A DNA stretch of 64,000 nucleotides, from assembly GCA_963825135.1 (NCBI GenBank), contig CAWGRW010000009.1:416001-480000 (forward strand), given 5' to 3'. The DNA comes from an uncultured bacterium. GTDB lineage: Bacteria; Desulfobacterota_D; UBA1144; Nemesobacterales; UBA2774. This document shows positions 26,139-36,998 of this stretch, piece by piece; within the stretch, counting starts at the first letter, position 1, and every line of letters begins with the position of its first letter. A program made the position numbers and the translations under genes. The notes beneath the pieces are model-generated. The model was not told the DNA's origin. It saw only the letters and a list, made by a program, of their open reading frames with translations, and made no database searches.

Positions 26139-28628
26139 ATGAAATTATCGCACAGAAACGGTTACGTTCCGGATAAAACGGCATGTGAACAAACCCCGGC
26201 GCGTCCGCGTTTTCTTTTCGCGCCCCGGTTAATTCTTCTGACGGCCTTGATAGCATCGGCGTGCGTGTACTCGCCTGTCGAATCGGTATGCGCTGAATCT
26301 CCGCTTAGAAAAGAAGATAAACCCGTGATTCTCGAGACATGGCAGGTCGAGGGTCTTTCCGCCGCGCTCAGGGACCCCAATCCGAAGGTCGGGGAGGAGG
26401 CGGTCAACGAGCTTGCCAAATCAAAGAACTGGCGGGATATCCCGGAGCTCCCCTGGCTCTTGAGGGATGAAAGCTATCTAATCCGAAGGGCCGCGCTGAA
26501 TGCGGCGGGCGAGATGGGAGACTCCGAACGGGACCTGATCCCGCTCATCATCGAGAACCTGGACGACGCGAACAACGGCATCAGGTATAACGCGGCCCTT
26601 GCGCTGGAGAGGGTCGGGAACCTGGATACGAAACAGGTCCGGGCGGTTGTCCCCCTCCTCGGCGATAAGGACAAACTGGTTACCCGCGCGGCCGTCGACG
26701 TTATCGCGGGCAACCCCGAGGCCGCGGCCCCGCTCATACCCGAAATCGAACGCCTTCTGAAAGACAAAAATCCTGATGCCCGCTCCTCCGCGGCCATAGC
26801 TCTCGGCAGGACGGCGCCCGCGGGGACCGGTCAAAGCGCGAGGATAGCCAAACTTCTCAACGACGAGGACCGGAACGTGAGGATAAGCGCGGCCGTCGCT
26901 CTTGGCGAGCTGGGGGCGGAATCAAAACCCTATGCGGGTAAAATCGCGAATCTTTTGAAAGACAATTCCGAATTCGAGAGAGTCAGCGTAATAAACTCGC
27001 TCGGCAATATCGGCGATGTACCGAAAGCGGAGAGGGACCTCGTCCTCGCGCTGCTCAAGGACAAGAACAGCACCGTCAGTACAGCGGCCGCCAAGGCGCT
27101 TGGCAAGATAGCAGCGGGGAAGAGCGACACCATGGACGAGCTCGTTTACATGCTGAAGAATCTCGATCCCCACGACAGGTTGAATGCTCTGCACGCGCTC
27201 GAAGAGCTGGGGAACAACGCTCAGGATAAGGCGCCCCAGGTGGCGGAGCTGCTGAACGACCCCGAGCCCGCGATACGCATCGCCGCGATCAACGCGCTGG
27301 GGAAGATGGGAGAGCGGGGAAAAGAATACGCTCCGCAAATTATCGAGCAATTGAAGTACCCAAAGACAAACGTGGTATATACCGCGCTCATAGTATTGCG
27401 GGAGATGGGCCAGAATGGGACGAATTTCACGGACACTCTCTCGCCGCTGCTCAAAAGTAACGACAAGATAGTGAGGGCGAACGCGGCGATCGCCCTTGTG
27501 TCCATGGACGAATTCACCGAACCGCAGAAGGAGCAGATCGTGGGGATGCTGAAAAACAGGGAGAACAAGTTCCGCGGCACTTCTATCTTCATATTCAGCG
27601 AGCTCGGGGAAAAAGGGCGCCCCATGGCTCCCGCGGTGGCCGGCGTTTTAAAAGACCCCAGTCCCGTCATCAGGGCCGCGGCGCTCGAAGCCCTGGGAGA
27701 GATCGGTCCCGGCGCCGACGGACAAATGCCGCAGATCACGATGATGATGAAGGACCCCGACGAGGACGTGCGCGCTGAAGCCGTATGGGCGCTCGGACAA
27801 ATCGGTCCCCCGGCTTACCCTGAGCTGCCGGAGATGGCGAAATTGTTGAAGGACAAGTCCGCCAAGGTGCGTATCAACGCCGTGGACGCCATGCTAAGCC
27901 TGGGTGAGCCCGCAAGGAAGTATAATTCCGATATAGCGGCTCTCCTGAAAGACGAGAACGATAATGTCCGCAGGCTGACAGCGACCGCCCTCGGACGGAT
28001 GGGCGCTCAGGCGGCCGGCCAGGCGCCGAGGCTGGGTGAATTCGTAGAGCTGCGGAACGACGACGCGATAGAGAATATGAGTGGAATAATCGCCGCTATC
28101 GGAGCCCTGGGAGAGATCGGCCCCGCCGCGGCCGCCGAGTCGGACATAGTCGCCGGCACGCTTACGAGCAAGAGGCCGTTAATCCGCATCACGGCCAGGG
28201 ACGCGCTCTGGAAAATGAGCCCCATCCGGGGAAAAGACACGACGCTCAAGATTCTCGCCGCGACGTACGTCTATCCCGGGGAGTCGAACAGGCTCAGGCT
28301 GCTCGCTCATTACGGAAACGGGGGAGACGAGGCTTCGGAGCTGCTGGTTAAATGGATCGGGACGGGCGCGTATAAAATACCCCCTTCCCTGGACCGTAAA
28401 GAAGCCGCACAGGCGCTCGGCGTCTATCTCGACAACTGGGAGTTTACGGCGCAGAGGCAGAATATGCGGGAAGATTTCGTGCTGCGGATTTCCGAGACCG
28501 TGGAGGCCGGGAAATGGACCGGCGAAGACCTGCCGCTGTTAAAAAAAGCGGAGGAGGCTCTTAAATCGGGCAAATTCGAAGACCAGGCGAACGCAGTAAA
28601 CCTGAAGATAGGGAAGGTCCAGGGATAG
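26139..28628 (+). CDS. Exported HEAT-repeat (PBS lyase HEAT-like) protein
   Basis: About 18 repeats of ~33 aa (LLKDxxxxVRxxAAxALGxxG); hydrophobic segment LILLTALIASAC near N-terminus. Confidence 0.9.
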   Translation: MKLSHRNGYVPDKTACEQTPARPRFLFAPRLILLTALIASACVYSPVESVCAESPLRKEDKPVILETWQVEGLSAALRDPNPKVGEEAVNELAKSKNWRDIPELPWLLRDESYLIRRAALNAAGEMGDSERDLIPLIIENLDDANNGIRYNAALALERVGNLDTKQVRAVVPLLGDKDKLVTRAAVDVIAGNPEAAAPLIPEIERLLKDKNPDARSSAAIALGRTAPAGTGQSARIAKLLNDEDRNVRISAAVALGELGAESKPYAGKIANLLKDNSEFERVSVINSLGNIGDVPKAERDLVLALLKDKNSTVSTAAAKALGKIAAGKSDTMDELVYMLKNLDPHDRLNALHALEELGNNAQDKAPQVAELLNDPEPAIRIAAINALGKMGERGKEYAPQIIEQLKYPKTNVVYTALIVLREMGQNGTNFTDTLSPLLKSNDKIVRANAAIALVSMDEFTEPQKEQIVGMLKNRENKFRGTSIFIFSELGEKGRPMAPAVAGVLKDPSPVIRAAALEALGEIGPGADGQMPQITMMMKDPDEDVRAEAVWALGQIGPPAYPELPEMAKLLKDKSAKVRINAVDAMLSLGEPARKYNSDIAALLKDENDNVRRLTATALGRMGAQAAGQAPRLGEFVELRNDDAIENMSGIIAAIGALGEIGPAAAAESDIVAGTLTSKRPLIRITARDALWKMSPIRGKDTTLKILAATYVYPGESNRLRLLAHYGNGGDEASELLVKWIGTGAYKIPPSLDRKEAAQALGVYLDNWEFTAQRQNMREDFVLRISETVEAGKWTGEDLPLLKKAEEALKSGKFEDQANAVNLKIGKVQG

Positions 28629-28794
28629 GTCGCTCAATACCCGTACTCCGGCGCCCCGGGATATTCACCCGGTCAAATTACCATTTTTTTCAGGTATGAT
28701 TACCCCCCTTAACGAATGACGCGTTGCCGCGAAATCCTGAAACCCGGGTAACGCGGATTTCATTGAGCTGCCCAAAGGAAACAAGAGAGACTGC

Positions 28795-30036
28795 ATGTTC
28801 GGGAAAAAGATATTCTACGGCTGGTACATCGTCGCGGCCTCCCTGGTGATAATCATACTCGACGGACTCCTCCTTTATTCGTTCGGCGTATTCCTCCCTT
28901 ACCTGAACCAGGACTTCGGGCTCAGCCGCGCGGCGGGCTCGTCGCTCTTCTCTTTCAGGTCTTTAGTCCAGGCCCCCGCTTTCATACTCGCCGGGAGGAT
29001 GATAGACAGATTCGACCCGAGGGTGGTTATCTTCGGGGGCGGCCTTATCGCCGCGCTCGGGATGTTCCTTTCCGGAATCGCGGAAACGACCTGGCAGCTC
29101 TACATCTCCTACGGTTTCTGCGTGGGGCTCGGGGACGCCGTGCTTTATATCACATGCGTGGCCCTCGTCAGCAGATGGTTCGTCAAGAGGAGAGCCCTCG
29201 CAATAGGAATAATAACTACCGGAGTCCCCCTGAGCGGGCTCATTACCAACCCCCTTACGGCATGGCTGATACACGGGTTCGGCGTCAGGAACGCCCTGTT
29301 CGCCCTTGGCGCGCTCATGTTGACTGCCCTTATGGCCGCCTTCGTGCTGAGGTCCAGGCCCGAGGACAAAAACCTCAGGCCGTACGGCGAGGAGGGCACC
29401 GCGGCGGACGCGAAGACGGGCAAAAAAGGCGCCCCGGAAAATGTAAACGAATGGACGGCGCTCGAGGCGATTAAGACGCCTAATTACTGGCTCATGTATG
29501 CAATGTACTTCCTCGGATTCACGACGTTCCTTATAATCGTAACCCAGTTCTATAACTTCGAGATCGACCTCAAGGTAACGGCTCTGGCGGCGGCGGGCCC
29601 TCCGGCCGCTATAGGCCTAGGGAGCATAATAGGAAGGACGGTCCTCTCCTCCATACTCGCCGAGGTGCTGGAGTACAGAAAAGTCCTGCTCATATGCTTC
29701 CTGGCCCAGGGGAGCAGCGTTATTCTCCTGCTCGTCTTCGACCATATCTGGGCGTTTTACCTTTTCGGTTTTCTCTTCGGCTTTTTCTACAGCGCCTGGG
29801 TCCCCATATTCCCCACGCTCCTCGGAAAGTTTTTCGGACTGCGAGCGCTCGGAACCATATACGGGATATTCGGCACCTCCTATTCCATAGCGGCGATCGG
29901 CGGGCCCATACTGGCAGGATATGTGCACGACCTCACGGGGAACTACGTGTACCCGTTCGTCTTCACGATAGTATGCTGCTGCCTCGCGGCCACAGGCGCC
30001 TTTTTCATGAAGTCCCCCGTACGTAAAACGGCGTGA
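28795..30036 (+). CDS. MFS transporter (OFA/MCT-like)
   Basis: FYGWYIV, GRMIDRFDPR motif A, RWFVKRRALAIG; about 12 TMs. Confidence 0.92.
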   Translation: MFGKKIFYGWYIVAASLVIIILDGLLLYSFGVFLPYLNQDFGLSRAAGSSLFSFRSLVQAPAFILAGRMIDRFDPRVVIFGGGLIAALGMFLSGIAETTWQLYISYGFCVGLGDAVLYITCVALVSRWFVKRRALAIGIITTGVPLSGLITNPLTAWLIHGFGVRNALFALGALMLTALMAAFVLRSRPEDKNLRPYGEEGTAADAKTGKKGAPENVNEWTALEAIKTPNYWLMYAMYFLGFTTFLIIVTQFYNFEIDLKVTALAAAGPPAAIGLGSIIGRTVLSSILAEVLEYRKVLLICFLAQGSSVILLLVFDHIWAFYLFGFLFGFFYSAWVPIFPTLLGKFFGLRALGTIYGIFGTSYSIAAIGGPILAGYVHDLTGNYVYPFVFTIVCCCLAATGAFFMKSPVRKTA

Positions 30037-30145
30037 TCCCGCTCCCCGGGGGCCGGACGACAGGTCCCCTACTAATGAAAGACCGCGTCTTATATAATTT
30101 CACGAGCCGCGCTTAAGGCAGATACATCAATAAGGAGATGCGCAA

Positions 30146-31624
30146 TTGAACGAAAATACCGTCCGGTCCGTTAGGTCCGCGGGAGAGAAGCTCCTGAACG
30201 AGCTTTACGGAGAGCTGTTCATGAACCTGGCCGGGAGAAAAACCGGGACCGGGGTAACGGGCATCTACAACTCCCGAAGGGAGCTCCTCGAGCCCGATCT
30301 TTTTTTATCGTGCCGGGAGGCGGGGGACGGAGGGGAGGAGCAGGTCCGGTTTGGGCTCATATCCTCGTTCCTCGCGGGGGCATTCCTAGGGGGCAGGTCG
30401 GCAGAGCTCACCGACAGGATACTGGCGCTCGAAGCGGGTGAGGAGTTCCGTGCGGGAGGGAGAAGAATGACCGTACGGACCCTCAGGGCCGCGGCCATGA
30501 CGGAGCCAAAAAAAGATAAGAGGCGGGAGATCGAAAGCAGGAGCGGCGGAATCCTGACCCGCCTCAACGCGCTATACCTTCGGAAACTCGAAAGCCATAA
30601 CGAATGCTCCGGGGAGCTCGGATACGGGAATTACGGGGAGCTCGCGGATAAAACCTCCGGACCCGGAATTACGCGCCTGATAGAAGAAGCGGGGAGGTTT
30701 CTCAAGGATACCGATCATATCGCGGGCGATATGCTGGATTGGTTTTTTATGAAAAAGATGGAAATGAAGCTCGGGGACGCGTCCATTTCCGATATGTGTT
30801 ACCTGCTGAATTCGGCCGAGCTCAGAGGGTTTTTCCCCAAGGCCGATCCCGCGTCTTTCTCGAGGTCCGTGCTCGAAGGGCTCGGCCTGACGGCCGCGCC
30901 CGAATCGAGCTTCGATGCGGAGAGGAGAGCGGGAAAGGAGACGGACGGCGTATCGCTCCCGCTGAGCCCGCCTTTTAAATGCGCTGTCTCCATATACCCC
31001 GCGGGCGGAATTCACGATTACGAATCCCTTCTCGGATGCCTCGGCCGCGCGCTCTGCTTCGGGTTTACGGATCCGGGGGAGGACTTCGAATTCAGATACC
31101 TGAGGGACGGGGCATTCACGGACATCTTCTCCATACTGTTCGGGAGCCTGCTCTACGAGCCGAAATGGCTCGGAAAATACCTGAGAGCGGATACCGGCAG
31201 GGATTTCATGCATTTCCTGAGCCTGAGGCGCCTCATGTCGGCGAGGCTCGACGCGGGACGCGCTGTCTACGCCCGTGAGCTCTTCGGCAGCGGAGAGCGG
31301 GGCGAATTGCCCGAGATATTCTCCGAAATCATGGGCGGAGCCGCGAAGTGCAGCGCCGACCGGAACCTTTATCTGAGGGATTTCCTGGCCCCCCTCTCTA
31401 CGCCCTTCCGTTTTAAGGCGGTGCTCGCATGGCCGGGCCTCAGTCATTTCATGAAGGAATCGTTCGACGAGGAATGGTGGAGGACGGCGGGGGCGGGCGA
31501 GTTTCTGAAAGGCGTCTGGTCGGAGGGAGGAAGGGTAACGTCAGACGCGCTTACGGAGAGAACGGGATCGGCCGGGTCCGGTGCCGGCGCTCTTATTCCT
31601 ACTTTCGAAGAGAGACTCCGCTAG
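30146..31624 (+). CDS. M2/M3 peptidase-like fold protein, probably catalytically inactive
   Basis: ELGYGNY, AGGIHDYESLLGCLGRALCF at the expected HExGH position, FDEEWWRTAGAGEFLKGVWSEG. Confidence 0.55.
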   Translation: MNENTVRSVRSAGEKLLNELYGELFMNLAGRKTGTGVTGIYNSRRELLEPDLFLSCREAGDGGEEQVRFGLISSFLAGAFLGGRSAELTDRILALEAGEEFRAGGRRMTVRTLRAAAMTEPKKDKRREIESRSGGILTRLNALYLRKLESHNECSGELGYGNYGELADKTSGPGITRLIEEAGRFLKDTDHIAGDMLDWFFMKKMEMKLGDASISDMCYLLNSAELRGFFPKADPASFSRSVLEGLGLTAAPESSFDAERRAGKETDGVSLPLSPPFKCAVSIYPAGGIHDYESLLGCLGRALCFGFTDPGEDFEFRYLRDGAFTDIFSILFGSLLYEPKWLGKYLRADTGRDFMHFLSLRRLMSARLDAGRAVYARELFGSGERGELPEIFSEIMGGAAKCSADRNLYLRDFLAPLSTPFRFKAVLAWPGLSHFMKESFDEEWWRTAGAGEFLKGVWSEGGRVTSDALTERTGSAGSGAGALIPTFEERLR

Positions 31625-31636
31625 TGAGGCGAGATA

Positions 31637-32428
31637 TCAGGGGACGGCAGCGTCGATCTTCTTCTGAAGCTCGATCATCGGCAGCTGGCTCACCCGGATC
31701 GCGCCCCCCAGGCTGCGGTCTATATCGGCGATAAGGTAAATGACAGCCGAGAAGGTGAGTGCGAGGAGAAGGCTTATGACAACGCTCCTTCCTCCCGTAA
31801 TCCCGAACTGATAGCCTACGGCTCCCATCGCTAAGACGGTAACGAAAATGAGGGCATACCATATGACGGCGGGAATACGGTACATGAGGGCCACGGTAAC
31901 TCTCTTGGTATGAAAATCTATAACCTCGTTAAGCGATTCTATGTAGCTTGACGTGATCTCCTGGTTCGGGGTTTTCGCCACTGCCTCGACCGACCGGGAC
32001 CACAGCTTGTCCTGTATCTCTTCGGACTCCGCTAACATCTCCGGAAGCCTCTCCGGGTCTTTTACCCACTGTGTGCGGATATCCACGTAATCGCGGAAGA
32101 GCTTCTTAATATCCGTGCGGTAGGGCTCGACGAGAAAATCGGTACGGAGAAACGCCGTCCCTATCGCGTTCACTTCGTCGAGAAGGAGCTGTTTTCTGGT
32201 GTCGAATCGGGAAGCCGTTATACCGAACGTGAAAGCCAGCAGGAAAGCCAGCAGGCCGAGCGTCGCGCCGACGACAGAGCCTATGGGCGCGTCACCCCCG
32301 CCGTCGGAATGCTTCCTGTGATAGCTGCCCATCCTGTAGCCGAGGAAAATCGACAGGAGCACGAGGGAAAATATGCCTATCAGCACCCCCCATAGCGGTA
32401 TTTGCGGCGTTAGCGTATTTGTTTCCAT
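31637..32428 (-). CDS. DUF4239 / bestrophin-like membrane protein
   Basis: LGLLAFLLAFTF...RFDTRK...EVNAIGTAFLR, SLNEVID, LIADIDR. Confidence 0.75.
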   Translation of the reverse strand: METNTLTPQIPLWGVLIGIFSLVLLSIFLGYRMGSYHRKHSDGGGDAPIGSVVGATLGLLAFLLAFTFGITASRFDTRKQLLLDEVNAIGTAFLRTDFLVEPYRTDIKKLFRDYVDIRTQWVKDPERLPEMLAESEEIQDKLWSRSVEAVAKTPNQEITSSYIESLNEVIDFHTKRVTVALMYRIPAVIWYALIFVTVLAMGAVGYQFGITGGRSVVISLLLALTFSAVIYLIADIDRSLGGAIRVSQLPMIELQKKIDAAVP

Positions 32429-32504
32429 TCAATGACCTCTTCAGGGCGGGATGCTAGTCCCCCCGGAGCCCGTATGTGTTGTAATCCCGTACTCCGTACG
32501 GGTC

Positions 32505-33506
32505 TCAGGGGTTCAATATCACCTTTCCGAATTGGCTCCTGTCCTCGAGCATCTTCTGGGCCTGTGCGGCCTCTGACAGAGGGAACCTCCTGTCTATCAC
32601 GGGCGAGAGCCTTCCGAGCGAAACGAGGTTGATAACGTTTATGAGGTTACTCCTCGGGGCGTTGAATACCGTGACGCCGAGAACCGAAAGGTCCTTTACG
32701 ATGACGGGGCCGAAATTGAACGTGGTCTGCCCGCCGCCGACTACCCCTACCAGAAGGAGACGGCCCTTCATCTTGAGCGACTTGAGGTTATTCTCCCAGA
32801 CGGAGGCGCCTATCTGGTCGAATATAAGATCGACGCCCTTATTTTCCGTTATCTTCTTCACCTCTTCCGAGAAGTCGGTCGTGTTGTAGTTTATCGTGGC
32901 GTCCGCGCCCAGCTTGCGGACCTTCTCTAATTTCTCGTCGCTCCCGGCCGTCGCGATGACGAAAGCCCCTCCTTCCTTTGCAATCTGAACGGCGGCGCTG
33001 CCCGTCCCGCTCCCGGCCGCATGGATGAGCACCGTTTCTCCGCTCTGCATACAACCCCTTTCGAAGAGCCCGTACCACGCGGTCACATAGCATATCGGCA
33101 GGGTGGAGGCGTCGTCATAAGACACCTCATCGGGTATCGGGACCGCGTTCGCCGCGGGGACTTTCACGTATTCGGCAAATCCTCCGTAGAAATTGACTCC
33201 GATGACCATGGGCCCTTTCGGGGTCTTGACGGTCGGGTCTATGACCACGCGCGTGCCGGGCGCGATGTCCTTTACGTTCCTGCCCGTTTTCTCCACGTCC
33301 CCCGCGACATCGACGCCGCCTATGTGCGGGAGGTCGACCGGACGCGGCGATTTCCCCGATCTCAGCCTCAGGTCCAGATGGTTCAGGGAAGCGGCCCTTA
33401 CGCGGACAAGCACCTCGTCGTCCCCGAGCTCAGGCTCGGGCACGTCTTCGTATTTAAGAACATCGACTTCTCCGAATTCGTGATAACGGATCGCTTTCAT
33501 AAACAC
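32505..33506 (-). CDS. MDR-family NADPH:quinone oxidoreductase-like protein
   Basis: SLNHLD, GGFAEY, HAAGSGTG, FGKVIL; no structural-zinc cysteines. Confidence 0.88.
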   Translation of the reverse strand: MFMKAIRYHEFGEVDVLKYEDVPEPELGDDEVLVRVRAASLNHLDLRLRSGKSPRPVDLPHIGGVDVAGDVEKTGRNVKDIAPGTRVVIDPTVKTPKGPMVIGVNFYGGFAEYVKVPAANAVPIPDEVSYDDASTLPICYVTAWYGLFERGCMQSGETVLIHAAGSGTGSAAVQIAKEGGAFVIATAGSDEKLEKVRKLGADATINYNTTDFSEEVKKITENKGVDLIFDQIGASVWENNLKSLKMKGRLLLVGVVGGGQTTFNFGPVIVKDLSVLGVTVFNAPRSNLINVINLVSLGRLSPVIDRRFPLSEAAQAQKMLEDRSQFGKVILNP

Positions 33507-33684
33507 ACTCCTTGTGTTCCACTATTTAATTTCTCAACCGTTTCATTTTACTACATGCGCAGAAGAATTGTAGCACAATATCACGGACGGGGTATCGGAC
33601 CCCGGTTGAACATACCGGCTTATTGAGGTAGCCTTTTAAGTACGGGTACGCCCGGGCGGCGGTAAAGGGTCACATCAGAAAATT

Positions 33685-33957
33685 ATGTTCGGAATAGGCA
33701 CGAGTGAAATATTGATAATACTGGTCATAGCGCTTCTGGTGCTCGGGCCTAACGAGATCCCCAAGATCGCAAAGACGCTCGGCAGGGGGATGCGGGAGCT
33801 GGAGAGGGCCAAGAACGAGCTCAAGGATTCTATCAATTTCGAGATGGAAGAGAGCGAAGCCCGCGAGAAGAAGACCCCCGAAAAAAACGAAACCCCTGAA
33901 GGCGAAGAAAACAAGGAAAGTACGGTCGAGAACCCCACCAGCAATTCGCACGTCTGA
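33685..33957 (+). CDS. TatA/TatB family twin-arginine translocase subunit
   Basis: MFGIGTSEILIILVIALLVLGPNEIPKIAKTLGRGMREL. Confidence 0.92.
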   Translation: MFGIGTSEILIILVIALLVLGPNEIPKIAKTLGRGMRELERAKNELKDSINFEMEESEAREKKTPEKNETPEGEENKESTVENPTSNSHV

Positions 33958-35817
33958 TCAGAACGCCTGTCCGATGCTGATAAAGAACTGTACCCTCCTT
34001 ATACCCGGCTCCGGATTGAGCGCGTACCCCACATCGAACCTCACGGGCCCGATTATTGTATCGTACCTGAGCCCCACACCGGGGGCGTACTTGATGTCTC
34101 CGAGCGGAAAGCTCCATTCGCTGGCGTAGACGTTTCCGTAATCGAAGAAGACCACTCCCCCGAACTCTCCGTAGATCGGATACCTCACCTCGAAACTGCC
34201 CACGAGGAGAGAATTGCCTCCGAGCGGGTCGCCCCCGTCGCTCAGCGGACCCAGCTTCTGGAAGGGGAAACCCCTCATGCTCGTGCTGCCGCCCGCGAAG
34301 AACCTCTTGAAGATAGGGATATCGAACGTGCCCGTGGAACCGAAAGGCTGTATGACGCCCATTGTGATCCTTTTTGCCAGGACCATCCTGTATAATTTTT
34401 TATATCCCCTCAATTCGACCGTGCCTTTAAAATAATTCACGTCGGAAAGGAGCGCTCTGAAGGACGATTCGAGACCCGTGGAGACGACGAACCCCCGCGT
34501 GGGGTTGAGTATGTTGTCCGTGTTATCGTATTCGAGTCCGGAGTTAAAGAAGGTTAGGAAGAAATTTTCCCTGCTCTTCTCTTCAGGGGTCCGCCTTGCG
34601 CTCTTCTGGACTCTCGAGAACTGTACATTCGTTGAGCCGAACGAGGAATAGTGCTGCGCGAAATCCTTTTGAAGCTCGGCGGTCGCCAGGAAGCTCTCGC
34701 CCTCGAAGCTCGGGACGTCGTCCCTCTGGAAATTGAGCGAGCCCGTGAGACTCGAGTCCCTGCCTACTATATACGGCTGTATGACGCTCGTCTCAAGACG
34801 CTGAGTAATAAAAGAGGCTTTTCCCGCGACTTCGAGCCTCCGTCCGCCGCCGAAGAAATTCCTCTTTGTCCAGATCACCTGCCCCCTCAGCTTGTCCTCG
34901 GTGCCGAAACCGACTCCGAACTTCACCGAGCCCTGTTTCCTCTCTTTAACGACTATTCTCATGTCGGCGATTTTCTTCTCCTCGTTATAAACGGGATCTA
35001 TCACGACCGACCTGAACAGCCCCAGCTGAAAAATATTGGCCTGGGTTTCGTTAATCTTTGTCAGCGAGAACTCTTCGCCCGGCTTGAAAAGCGCTTCCCG
35101 CGAAATAATATAACTCTCGACTTTCTCGTTGCCTTCCACAATGACGGTCCCGAACTTGTAAATCGGGCCCGGTTTGACTACGAAGGTGGCCTTCGCCCAC
35201 TTTTCCTTCCTGTTGACGAGCGCTTCGCCCTGTATATCTGCCTTCGGGTAACCCTTGTCCGAGAGAATCTCCGAGATTGCGCCCTTTGTCTGCTGGTAGC
35301 CGTTCGGCGAGAAATTTTTATCCACTTTAAGCGGCACCGCTTTCTCTATCTTCTTTTTGATTTCATCGCTCAGGTCCCCTTCATACTCAACGCTAAGCTC
35401 CGTAAGGATTACCGGGTCCCCTTCCTTGATCGTTATCGTTATCTCAACCCTCGTATCGTCTTTATTGTATTTAAGCTCGTATGAGGCCTGGGCGTCGTAA
35501 TAGCCTTCGTTCGAATAGAGCCTCTTTATCCTGACCATGTCGTCCTTGAGGACTTCCTCGTTAAACTCAGGTTTCTTCACCCAGAATTTGATAGAAGGAG
35601 CGCCCGTCCCTATGTTCTGCTCTATCTCCTGCTTCGTGAGGACTTTCGCCCCCTTGATTCTCAATTTGGAAATGCGGATCGCCGGCTCCGCGGCTTCTTC
35701 CTTTTCCGCGCTTCCGGCATCCTTCTCTTTTTCCTGTGAAAACGAAATAACGGGGGCGTGCATGAATGAAAAACAGAAAAGCAGGAATGAAAAAGATATA
35801 AATATATATTTTTTCAT
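33958..35817 (-). CDS. Omp85-family outer-membrane assembly factor (TamA-like, 3 POTRA domains)
   Basis: Three POTRA repeats, RFFAGGSTSMRGF lid-lock, GPVRFD, C-terminal ISIGQAF. Confidence 0.88.
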   Translation of the reverse strand: MKKYIFISFSFLLFCFSFMHAPVISFSQEKEKDAGSAEKEEAAEPAIRISKLRIKGAKVLTKQEIEQNIGTGAPSIKFWVKKPEFNEEVLKDDMVRIKRLYSNEGYYDAQASYELKYNKDDTRVEITITIKEGDPVILTELSVEYEGDLSDEIKKKIEKAVPLKVDKNFSPNGYQQTKGAISEILSDKGYPKADIQGEALVNRKEKWAKATFVVKPGPIYKFGTVIVEGNEKVESYIISREALFKPGEEFSLTKINETQANIFQLGLFRSVVIDPVYNEEKKIADMRIVVKERKQGSVKFGVGFGTEDKLRGQVIWTKRNFFGGGRRLEVAGKASFITQRLETSVIQPYIVGRDSSLTGSLNFQRDDVPSFEGESFLATAELQKDFAQHYSSFGSTNVQFSRVQKSARRTPEEKSRENFFLTFFNSGLEYDNTDNILNPTRGFVVSTGLESSFRALLSDVNYFKGTVELRGYKKLYRMVLAKRITMGVIQPFGSTGTFDIPIFKRFFAGGSTSMRGFPFQKLGPLSDGGDPLGGNSLLVGSFEVRYPIYGEFGGVVFFDYGNVYASEWSFPLGDIKYAPGVGLRYDTIIGPVRFDVGYALNPEPGIRRVQFFISIGQAF

Positions 35818-35969
35818 TTAGAGGACATGTGTAACTCTTCTCGTCGAAGTCGAAAGAAATCCAAGTTTCTATTATGCCGAGCTTCGATTATTATGCAAGA
35901 GAATACCACAAATTGCAGCCGTATATATCTAAGTTCCGGAGGCCGCGGGGATATTAATCGATACCGGTG

Positions 35970-35999
35970 TTGACAACGAAGCGGAAAAGTTATTATAAT
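35970..35999 (+). promoter_or_regulatory. Sigma70 promoter of the respiratory operon
   Basis: TTGACA-N18-TATAAT. Confidence 0.7.
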
Positions 36000-36053
36000 A
36001 ATTGAGGGTTAGTTTTATCAACTGATTTTTCTTCTTCGCGCCTGCAAACGACA

Positions 36054-36998
36054 ATGGAAAACCTTGGCGGCCTCTTTAATCCCAGCTCACCCGAAATGGA
36101 GGCAATGGCCAGCCTGACCTACTATACCGTTGCCATCACGGCCGTGATACTCGCCATTATAGTATTTGCGGTCGTATACATAACGATCAGATACAGAAAG
36201 AAGACGGGCGACGACGAAGAGCCTTACCAGGATTTCGGCAACCTCAAGCTCGAGATAGTCTGGACCGTCATACCGGTTGCGATCGTCGCCGCACTTTTCC
36301 TCCTCACATGCAGCACGATGAGGGCCGTGGATCCCCCGCCCGGGGACAAGGAGCCCGACCTCGTGGTCATAGGACATCAATGGTGGTGGGAGATTCGCTA
36401 CCCTGCGACAGGGGTAATAACCGCGAATGAGCTGCACATACCGGCAGGGGAGAAGATGCTCGCCCGCCTCGAATCGATAGACGTCGTACACGACTTCTGG
36501 GTGCCGGAGCTGGGAAGAAAAATAGACCTCGTGCCCGGACACCCCAATTATATGTGGATAGTGGCCGGTGAGCCGGGCGTATATATCGGCGCATGCGCGG
36601 AGTTCTGCGGTGATCAGCATGCCAACATGCGCATAAGAGTCGTCGCACAGACATCCGAAGAATTCAAAAAATGGCAGGAAGAGCAGCAGGCAGTGCCGCG
36701 CACGCCGACACACGGCATAGCGCGGGAAGGAGCGGCCCTCTTTCAATCGATGGCCTGCATGAACTGTCACACGATACGCGGAACGGCCGCCGCCGCAAGG
36801 ATCGGGCCCGACCTGACGTATCTCGCCGACCGCGATACCATAGGCGCGGGGGTGCTGACGAATACGCCCGAGAATCTCGTGAAATGGCTCTCCAATCCTC
36901 AGAAATATAAACAGGGGTCGCTAATGCCCAACATGAAGCTCACAGATACCGAAGTTAAATCGATTGTCGCATATCTGGAGGCGCTCGATGAGCAGTAG
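36054..36998 (+). CDS. coxB: Cytochrome c oxidase subunit II with fused cytochrome c (caa3 type)
   Basis: HQWWW, DVVH, CAEFCGDQHANM (CuA), C-terminal CMNCH. Confidence 0.95.
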   Translation: MENLGGLFNPSSPEMEAMASLTYYTVAITAVILAIIVFAVVYITIRYRKKTGDDEEPYQDFGNLKLEIVWTVIPVAIVAALFLLTCSTMRAVDPPPGDKEPDLVVIGHQWWWEIRYPATGVITANELHIPAGEKMLARLESIDVVHDFWVPELGRKIDLVPGHPNYMWIVAGEPGVYIGACAEFCGDQHANMRIRVVAQTSEEFKKWQEEQQAVPRTPTHGIAREGAALFQSMACMNCHTIRGTAAAARIGPDLTYLADRDTIGAGVLTNTPENLVKWLSNPQKYKQGSLMPNMKLTDTEVKSIVAYLEALDEQ

